Of a DNA stretch of 64,000 bases, positions 54,453 to 64,000 are shown piece after piece. The notes under the pieces are model-generated. The model made no database searches. It saw only the letters and a program-made list of their open reading frames with translations, and was not told where the DNA came from. A program made the position numbers and the translations under genes. Source of the DNA: Paecilomyces variotii (Eukaryota); the NCBI GenBank assembly GCA_004022145.1, contig RCNU01000003.1; one strand, given 5' to 3'. The first letter of the stretch is position 1. Each line of letters starts with the position of its first letter.

Positions 54453-56045
54453 CGCGTCTCTGTCAAAAGTATCCTCGCATCGTTTTTTTCTCGTTACTAT
54501 TTGTATGACCGGTCAAAAGGGAATGGCATCATGGGTAGATCTCATTGGACTTATCTTTTCATTTCCCTATAGGGTTTACAATGTTTATAATGCAATAAAA
54601 TGGCCACTCCAGATGGAGTATCGTGGGTTTGACACGGAAAATCGACCTTCCGTCCTTGTGTAACCTCAACTTACTATATTGTAACCCTGGGCCTTACCAT
54701 TACCTCCTTTCTGTTACTGGCATCTATAGCGTATATATTGGGCTAGATGATCTTGTCAGATGAGTATACCGCTCGGGCCACGCCTGCTTGCCCCATAATA
54801 AGGCCATATGACAGCGGGTGAGGCTGCGGGGGAACTGGAGCCTAGCACTAATCCATTCAAGAGATTGATGGCACCCGACCACATCTCACTAAGTTTGACA
54901 GGCAATAATCTCTTCATTCTCAGTGTTCCATGAGGGCTTCGAAGCCTCGAGGTCTGGACACAGCTAGCCACGTGCCAAGACGCACCATCGGACAACCAGC
55001 CTCGACGAGCATTGGAATGTAAGACTGACCAGTCATAGACGGTTTGGATAATGTGTGGATCACGGAACATCTTGACATGATAGAAGATCAGTTTGATTGA
55101 TGTAGTGTGATTCGTCCCCGTTCACATGGCTACATTCTTTCGAGCGGCGAGAGTACTTATGCCCCAGACAACCACCACCCCGCGGCATTCGGGAGGGATC
55201 TCACTCATCGGGACCAATCCGAGGGCCGACAGTGCTGAACAATGGGTATTCTTCTCGGGCTGTCTATCAGCAGGTCTCATCATCCCGATCGATTTCCATA
55301 CCGTAGTGTCCTCCAGTGGGGCCGAGTGTGCGGAAACTCGACATGCAATTGGATCAACCCTATCTGGAGCTTGCATACCTGAACGTGGAGGTAAAAGCAC
55401 ACAGCTAAGCTAGACGTCTCTTCTGCACAGTCTGACCTCTACAACTCCCCAACCTTCCAATATTCTTCCATTCCACGATCTAGAAGCTCACGATTCACGC
55501 TCTCGGATTGGTCCTTGTCTCCTAATACATCGGAAATTTTGACACGCGTCCCGCGGGAAGCTGTCATCTGGCGTTCTTTCTCGAGGTGGAGGGCATCCAG
55601 ATCTCAAGTATCACACCTGCCTCCAGAGAGATATATATATGAGTACATGTAAGAAGATGTCCTATCTCATTCTTCATTCTCTCGCTATACAGCCGTTGTG
55701 CACAAGCACGGAGACACAAGTCCTTTGTGCACTATCCTATACACTCTTTCTTCTTTTGATCTTCCCAGAGGCATAGCCTCGAGGGCCATTCAGGGACTGT
55801 TCGAGTCTCGATTCTGTCATTTCTCCCTACCTGAGGGATTGCATATCTGTGTTCATTGGATTCATTTGGATTGTCGCCTACGGGAGCATTTCCTGGTGAC
55901 TGGAACACACTTACCATCGTTTCTTCATTGGATGGTTACTTTTATATACCTTCCCTTTTTCGAAGCAATTTCTATATACCACACTTTGTGATTGGTTGAA
56001 TCTTATATTCTCTGCCTACACTATTCTACCTAATTGTGACCAACC

Positions 56046-58819
56046 ATGGCGCTGCCGTCTTGGTTCATCGCAACCATACTGATATGGCTCCAGGCTGCAG
56101 AGATTGCGCATGCTCTCCCTCGTCCTTGTTCTTGTTCAAACGGACGATTGCAGTCTGGATCTGAGACTACCTCTTTTAAGACCCAATATCCTCCAGTCAT
56201 TCCTGGTGCCAGAGTGCTCGCGCCTGATACCACAGGGGTAAGTACAAGCCAATGTATTATGACTTATATATATGCAATCAGTCTAACATATACTCCAGGT
56301 TATAATCACCACCTTAGAACGTGACGGACACCCTTACTTGCCACCATTTCCAACATTCACGCAAAGCTCTCCATCCGCTACTAATTACCGTTACAATCCG
56401 ATCGTTACAGCGACGACTAGTCCTACCACAGCTGCCCCTCATCCAAGCAATATTGCAAGCGCGGCGGACACAGCATTGACCACCGCAATGACTAGTCAAA
56501 ATGTCTTTCAGCCCATTTCTATGGATGCAATTCCATCAAACATCAAGACTAGGAACGATCATCCTGTGCCGAGGCTAGGTATTGTAAGTGCATTTCACAA
56601 CCTATAGTTTCTGAGGATGTCTACTTATAATTATGACAGAGAAGCACTGGACCGGTTTCGACAAACAAATTCTTTGCTGGATTCTTCCTTGGTAGCCAGA
56701 CGAGCGCAGCATTTACTCATCCTTACTCCCTTGCGTGGGCTAAAGGCAGTGGAAATGCCCAGAGCTGGGGCCTGGCTATCTCTCACATCAACGCCGGGAT
56801 GCTTGCGTATGGTCAGCCTGATGACCGTATTCCAGGTCACCCTGTCAGCTACTACATTAATCCAGTTGGCATCCAGTCTATGATCTTGTCCGCTGCGGAA
56901 CTGGGTAACTCGACCGTGATTTCTACTGATGCCTCTCAGCCCATGTCCGCTCAGGTCATACTGCAACCACGCAACGGAACTTCTTCCAATATTACATTTC
57001 CCATCTTCCAGGGGATGGGCTATGTGACTGGAATCTATACCAACCTGCAGCCTCTGATCCAGTCCAGCATATTTTTCCAGAAGGTCGTGACCGCCGGCTC
57101 TCCACGCGCCGGTGTCTTCAAATATCGTGCCACGTTGGAGGACAATACATCCTGGCTCATATATGTCATACCGTCAAATGGAACAGACCCTAATCTGCAT
57201 CTCGATTCGAACACTAACCTCCGCGGGCCTGCTGGGTTTTCGGGTGTTATTCAGGTGTCAAAGAACCCTGCGGGTGACGCTGGAGAAAAGTTCTATGACA
57301 ATTCTTCTGGTGTCTACCCGGTGTCTGTCAACGTGACAGGGTCTGTCACTAACAACACTGGTACCTACGGACTGTCATGGCAGAAGGGGGGAAAGGACGT
57401 CGCAAGCACTCCATTGCTGATGTTTGCATTGCCACATCACGTTAGCTCCTTCGATAACTCTACGCAGTGCCGGAAAATCCCTCTTCAGCTCAGAACCACC
57501 ACCAAAGGTAACGCAACCGCTGTCATTGGAGAAAATTGGACTATGGTTGAGCCGGACCTCCCGACGGACATGGGATTCGCACCTTGGTCGCCCTCGAAGG
57601 GAAACGTTGCAACGCTGTCGACTGCAGCTCAGCAGGTGTTGCTCAATGTCGCTCCTACCGAACTCCAGCAGAACATGAGCGCTCAAACGGACCTGAATAG
57701 CATGTACTACAGTGGAAAGGCACTGAGTAAATTTGCTACTCTGATCTACACAGTTAACACATTGGCAAACAACCCTAGTCTTGCCGCTCCTGCTTTGGCG
57801 ACTTTGAAGAATTGTTTCGCCGAATTTGCCAACAATAGACAGCAGTTCCCCCTGGTCTACGACAACGTTTGGAAAGGCGTTGTCTCATCTGCTAGCTACG
57901 TCACGGGCGACTCGGGAGTTGACTTTGGAAACTCCTATTACAATGACCACCACTTCCATTACGGATACTTCATCCATGCTGCGGCCATTATTGGCTCTCT
58001 TGACCCTAGCTGGCTTGCTCAGAACAAGGACTACGTTAATACGCTTGTCCGCGATGCAGGAAACTCGGTGTCGAACGATCCGCTTTTCCCATTCTCTCGG
58101 GCGTTTGACTGGTTCCACGGGCACTCCTGGGCCAAGGGTTTGTTCGAGTCCTTCGACGGAAAGGATGAAGAATCGACCTCTGAGGACGCTATGTTCGCAT
58201 ATGCCGTCAAGATGTGGGGTAAGGCTGTCGGTGATGCCAGTATGGAGGCGCGAGGCAACCTCATGCTAGGCATTCTCAGGCGTTCTTTCCACAATTATTT
58301 CTACATGGAGAGCAACAACACGAACCAGCCATCCAACTTCATTGCCAACAAAGTGACAGGAATTGTACGTTTACTCTCTATCACGGTCCCAAAGATTATC
58401 AGAGCTAACCATAACACAGTTGTTCGAGAACAAGGTTGACCACAGCACCTACTTCGGTAATAATCTCGAGTACATTCAAGGGTAAGTCGTGAGGTAACGG
58501 GATACCAAGTCTCGCAGTTGCTAATTAACCGAGTAGGATCCATATGCTACCCCTCATGCCGAACTCTGCATATTTGCGAAGCCGGAACTTTGTCTCTCAG
58601 GAGTGGAATGCAATGTTTGCACCCAATGCCTCAGACCCTGCCCAGAATGTCGAAGGCGGCTGGAAGGGTGTGCTATACGCCAACCTTGCCCTCATTGATC
58701 CGAACGCTTCCTGGAACTTCTTCTCCCAGTCGAACTTCAGTTACAGCTGGCTCGATGGCGGAGCCTCGCGAACCTGGTATCTTGCATATGCAGCCGGCCT
58801 TGGAGGAGGCCCAGCCTAA
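56046..58819 (+). CDS. Secreted GH81 endo-1,3-beta-glucanase (Eng1-like)
   Basis: Signal peptide; S/T-rich linker; 'TNKFFAGFFLG', 'YYSGKALSKFA', 'DFGNSYYNDHHFHYGY', 'GHSWAKGLFESFDGKDEESTSED', 'GIHMLP', 'LDGGASRTWYL'. Confidence 0.93.
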
Positions 58820-59099
58820 AATATGGCGGTATCACAGTCCCTATATTGACCCACTCTGGTTTGATGGCAGCATCCTTGCCCTGGACCTGAGAAGGCCCAT
58901 GCTATCTGCCATTTGGAGAATTTCTTGCACATCCTTTGCGGCGGAACATTTTTTTGGCTATCTTGCCACCGTTTCACTCTGGCCGATATATTCGTTGTTG
59001 AATTATTGTTTAGGTGCGATATCGCGGTACATGTCCAATCGTGACTAGGGTTAAGCTACCGACAGAGTCTATTGACCTGCGTAGCTGATCACTGGAAAG

Positions 59100-59145
<46 letters not shown>
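59100..59145. repeat. Compound (TA)n(TG)n microsatellite
   Basis: tatatatatatatata followed by tgtgtg... read directly; similar shorter tracts near 12352, 18250, 35960 and 41540. Confidence 0.9.
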
Positions 59146-59146
<1 letters not shown>

Positions 59147-61379
59147 ACCTAGCTTTGCCCAGCTGAATGGGTTACCTGTCAGATAGCCTAATATAGTAAT
59201 ATCTACTATATCGAAGCCCACTACCAGGGACTTATCGCATTGATTTAGTCGCTCAATCGAATGTTTGAGTAGCATTCTTTGGTTCCAGAATCGTTTGTGA
59301 CATATGCTATGCGAAGCGTGGTTGGAAAGCTTGATACACACTGCTGTGCCATAGATTAAAAGTAAATATATATACCGTATGCTGAACCTCAAGACTCTAT
59401 TTTCCCTCTCTCCCTTTTCCCCACTCCGGAAAGCTGCACATTGACAGGCGGGGTTGTGAGAGCAAGGACCTCATTGTATCCCCCACGTCCTCGATCTGAA
59501 GAACACTAGCTTCTGGCGGTGACCTGCGTCATCTGTATGGCTATGATAACCATCAGATTTCCAGGGACATAGCGAGGCTTGGCAATATTGGGATGGGGAG
59601 CCAAGCTTCGGGTTGGTGTCAATAGCGCGCGTTAGGCGGATCGACTAATATTCGCTTAGCCCGTGCAAATATCAGATCGCAAAGTGCTCCAGAGCCAGGA
59701 TGGGACGACGCCTGATGTCAGATACTTTCTTCATCACCACTTGTCCACCTGGCGATGCTCCTCGCAAGGCTTGCCCGTCCTACAAACCGGACATGACACG
59801 ATCAGCGGCTTTAGAATTACTCTTCCTGTCAGAATCCACCGGTCGATAGGGAAAAAACCCGCATTGGAATGATCGAGCGTGGCAGTGCAAGTCTTGGCAA
59901 GCTTGGGGCGTGCCGTCCCAAGACGAGGGATTTGGCTGTTGATCCGGATTGGATGCGTTGAGATTGGAATTGGGTCGTCTGCTGGATTGCGGACATTGTT
60001 ATCCAGAGTACGCATTCAGTATTGATATTGAAGGACCATTCGTCAAGGCTTCAAGCAGTGGGGGATCTCAATGAGAGGGAAACGCGCGGTGAAGCTCGGA
60101 TGCAGACTGTGCCGTCATCGACTAAGAGAGCAAACTAGTGAGCAGGTATCTAGTCCTTGTAGCTCAGCGGTATTTCTCCTTTACCACCGACATTATTATT
60201 GATCTCCAGCAGCTTTGTCCATCCGTCTTCGGGCTTTAATTACCATCATCGCCAAGTACTAACTACTGTACCCTCTTAATTGCATGTTGCCAAGGTGAGC
60301 AGGAATTGGCTTTTTCCTTTCCCCCGTCTTGACGCGCCTCAATTACATCCGTGAAGCACGAGGCGGTGCGCTCGACATGAATCCATCCTTGTGATCCGAG
60401 AAATCGTATTACTTTGCGATCACGATCGTCCCATAAACTATCAATCATTCAATGATAAGAACTGGGATTGATGGAATCCTGCCCTATCACTTCCTAGCAC
60501 AGCCAACATAGCGCGTCTTGGACTACACCACGTGCGGCCATATTTCCTTCCCTTTTCTTTCTCATCTCGCATTAGGTTGGAGGGAAATTCCCTCCATCAC
60601 AACTAAATCGTCTAGCTTGTGCTCTCAAGATATTTCATTCCTTGGCACTCAGCGTGGGTTGATTTGTTCGCCTCCGCGTTGACATTGGCCCTCGCCTGGA
60701 AGAATCTCTGGAAGAGCTCGGAAGCTAACATTTAACTCGTTCGGCTCTGAGTACAGCTTAGGGCGTCTAAAGCGAAAGCATTCTCATTGACAGCCGTTTT
60801 GTAAACGGTATTCCTAGACGACGACCGTACCACGGATACTCTTGAAACGTGGCTGGAGCCCTTGTATCGACTTTCGAGGCTCCGGGATCATCTCCACCCC
60901 CTCCAACAGCGTCGATCTCTGTCCGCAGTCCGTTAACTTTCTGCCATTTCCTTTCTTGATCCGGATTTCTCGGCCTCTGGGCAGTGCACATGTGTAGGTG
61001 CCTCGTCTTCCTGCATTGGTTCCCTCCGCTCCCTTCACTCTGTCGAGACTCTCAGCTGTGAGCGCTTGGCCTTCGTCTTTCCTTACCCGTCGCTCTTTTT
61101 TATTCCATTAAATTATTACTACCCTCCTACTGGTCCATAATATCGGCGACCTCAGCCACTTTGTCCCTGCCTTTATCAAGCATTGTTCGCTGTTGTGGCT
61201 CTAGCTTCCAGGCGCGACGGGCTCCATTTTATCCTTCTCCCCCATAATCTCCGCACTCTGGAAAATCGCAAAGGGACTTGCGCTAACTAATCGATTGTGC
61301 TGTCTTTTATTGCCATTCAGCGTCATCACGCAATATCTTCTCTCGTTTTCGCACCCACAGCTGGGGTAGAAAGAACAGC

Positions 61380-62812
61380 ATGGTTCAGGGGAGAAATGGC
61401 AGCGTTCTGCCGGAGGAGCAGAGTCTGCTGAACAACCACGGGCATGAGTCTCACACTCGCGGCGGTCGTTTAACCAAGGATCACCGCTTCTGGGTTCGAT
61501 GGCCAGTGCAGACCGCGCATCTGACATATGCGACTCTAACAAACAACTATGTCAATCTCTTCCTGGTTTTTGTCCCTCTGGGGATTGTCGCTGGTGCGCT
61601 CAACTGGACACCGACGGCCGTCTTCGCCCTGAACTTTTTCGCAATTATCCCATTGGCTTCGCTGTTGAGTTTCGCGACGGAGGAATTGGCGGTTACAATG
61701 GGTCAGACCCTGGGTGGTTTGATGAATGCTACCTTTGGAAATGCAGTGGAATTGATCGTAAGTATAACATGATATAGAGATTTTGGGGGACGCCCAGTTG
61801 CTAATACAGGGTCACAGGTGAGCATTATTGCCCTGAAGGACCACCAGATCCGTGTCGTGCAGGCCAGTATGCTTGGAAGCATTCTTTCGAACATCCTTCT
61901 GGTCCTTGGCTGCTGCTTCTTTGCGGGCGGTCTGAGATACCATGAGCAGAGCTTTAACAGCACTGTGGCATCCACAATGTCTTCCCTCCTGGCTTTGTCA
62001 TCGGCGTCTCTGATCATCCCCGCCACGCTCTACAACGCCCTGACCGGCCTGAGATCTGATCATGACACCGATAAGAACATCCTCTTTCTCTCTCATGGCA
62101 CTGCAATCATTTTGCTCATCATCTATGTGATGTACTTGTACTTCCAGCTTAAGTCGCACTCCGACCTCTTCGAGGAGGCGAACAACGAGGAATCGGACAT
62201 TGAGAACCAGGAAGAAGGGCACACCGAGGAGCATCTGCTCAGTCCCTTTGCGGCTGGTGTTGTCCTTATTATCGTGACGCTCCTTGTCTCTGTCTGTGCC
62301 GACTATCTTGTTGGAAGCATTGACAGCCTTGTAGAGAAGACCGGAATGAGTAAGACTTTTATCGGTCTTGTCCTTATCCCCATCGTTGGTAACGCGGCCG
62401 AGCATGTGACGGCGGTGGTTGTTGCGTGGAAGAATAAGATGGACCTGGCTATCGGTGTCGCAGTCGGAAGCAGCTTGCAGATTGCTCTATTCGTCACTCC
62501 GTTCCTGGTTGTGCTCGGTTGGATCATCAACGAGCCGATGACTCTGCACTTCGAGACCTTCGAGACAGTTGCCTTCTTTATCTCTGGCCTGGTGGTGATC
62601 TTCCTTATCCAGGACGGCAAGTCTAACTACCTGGAAGGTGGTCTGTGTTTAGGACTGTATGTGTTATGATCTTGGCTTTTATGTCGTTACAGTTTGCTGA
62701 CTTTTATAGGTATATGATCATGGCTATTGCATTCTACGTCTACCCGGATACCCCCAACAAAAAGGATCCCATCGGCGGACTTGCGAACGTCGTAACCAGA
62801 TCCTTCCAGTAA
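61380..62812 (+). CDS. VCX1: Vacuolar Ca2+/H+ exchanger (CAX family)
   Basis: 'GGLMNATFGNAVELI', 'SMLGSILSNILLVLG', acidic loop, 'PIVGNAAEHVTA', 'GSSLQIALFVTP', 'DGKSNYLEG'. Confidence 0.92.
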
Positions 62813-63673
62813 AGGCAAGCGGATACTATATGTGAAGGCCAGTGATTGAAACCTCACGTCTCTCATGTGTATCGATACGTGTGTTGCAATTCTGGGAGAC
62901 ACTACACACTACTCAATCTTGTCTCTGTCGTGTCACTCTTTGGCATTTCTCACTCATTAGCACCTTGTACTTTGTTCCGGACCGGTTTGAATTTCTTCCC
63001 TTGTAAATTTGCGGCATCGGACACTCCACTATTTGATTTCCTCGGCTGGATCATTCGTTTGCAACGGTTTTTTTCTTTCCCGGGAAGCAGGGATTACCTC
63101 TGACACGGGAGTAACTATAAGCATGGATACTGCCTGGGGCTGCGCAAAAAAGAAGGTTCATTCACTCAACCGATATAGGAGATGATGCAGATGTATGTAT
63201 TTTAGATTGTTCAATTCATGACTTGCACAGTATCACAGTTGCGGGTTATACTTCGTGGCTGTTGATTTTTCCCGTACTATCCTGTTCCCTGATCCCTCAA
63301 GACATTAGATAAATCCTCGTTTTATCGGCACATAAATGACATGGGGATGATACTCTGCGTACCTTACCATTTAAATCGACAAAAGCTCGATTTTAGTTTC
63401 CTTGTGGTGGTAGTTGACCTAGGTAGTTAACATAGTTAGTTGGATCCTTGTTTCGTCATACGGCTGACTAAGCTAAGCGGAGCGGAAAATCACTCCCAGT
63501 TGGAAATCTCGGCGAAACTTGGAATCGATACTGCGGCACGCCTGCGCATCTCGAGCAATCAACTTGAGTGCTTCCTCTCCCATCCGCTCTGATCCTGGAT
63601 AGGAGAGGCTCAATTCCATCTTCCGTCGTCGACTTATTCGGAACGGACTCCTCAGGAGGATACGTACGCAACG

Positions 63674-64000
63674 ATGCCGCCCCGATTGAATCTGTTCACC
63701 GCACGGAGTGCAGTCTCCGCTCTCCGCCAGCCCTCCGCATTATTTTCAGGTTATGTCAATGCCAACAATAGCGCTGCTTCTTCTCGACTGTTTTCGCGAA
63801 ATGGATCTGCTCCCCAGTTCGCTGGGCTTGCGTCCTCTGGAAGAGCTCAGCGGAGGATGAACTCGTCCAACTCTGGTGCGAAGGACCAGGCTCAAGAGCA
63901 GCCCAAGGGCCCGACTCAGGACCCTTTGCCTCATGTCAACGAGGAGGCTGCGGCCATCGATAAGATTCTGAGCGGGAAGAAGTGTGATGGTTCTGCCCCG
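63674..64000 (+). CDS. 5' part of a mitochondrial protein, probably small-subunit ribosomal protein uS7m (runs off the window)
   Basis: Open frame MPPRLNLFTARSAVSALRQPS...QRRMNSS...DPLPHVNEEAAAIDKIL with an Arg/Ser-rich presequence; resemblance to Eurotiales mitochondrial S7 N-termini is from recall only. Confidence 0.5.
   Translation, partial: MPPRLNLFTARSAVSALRQPSALFSGYVNANNSAASSRLFSRNGSAPQFAGLASSGRAQRRMNSSNSGAKDQAQEQPKGPTQDPLPHVNEEAAAIDKILSGKKCDGSAP

Noticed and set aside
58820-61379. Short ORFs in the large intergenic regions (also 54.5-56.0 kb and 41.5-42.4 kb)
   Set aside because: No recognisable motifs or coherent splice structure; likely promoter and UTR sequence

Overview
Intron-rich fungal genomic DNA; gene content and intron style suggest a Eurotiales mould, but the species cannot be determined from the sequence. 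About 25 protein-coding genes are present; I found no rRNA, tRNA, CRISPR array or intact transposon. The left flank is housekeeping: TBC Rab-GAP, Yip1-family protein, ubiquitin-RPL40, Rrn7, eIF5A, Vps52 and L-2-hydroxyglutarate dehydrogenase. The right flank is also housekeeping: PAB1, IQ-HECT E3 ligase, mitochondrial L27/mL41, Utp14, GH81 glucanase, Vcx1 and a partial, probably mitochondrial, S7. Between them lies a ~28 kb catabolic island (13.6-41.5 kb). It encodes a family III CoA-transferase, a vanillyl-alcohol-oxidase-type flavoprotein divergent from a 3-oxoacid CoA-transferase, an APH-like kinase, a thiolase, a bacterial-type PcaB/class II fumarase-family lyase with a mitochondrial-like leader, a homogentisate-dioxygenase paralogue with a remodelled active site, and a C2H2 transcription factor. 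It ends with a tartrate/D-malate dehydrogenase flanked by a DNA-binding-only Zn2Cys6 protein and a fungal TF-domain protein with no visible DNA-binding domain. This island is the best candidate for an undescribed phenolic/organic-acid degradation system. Gene boundaries come from manual splice reading, and reference residue numbers are recalled rather than aligned, so both need checking.
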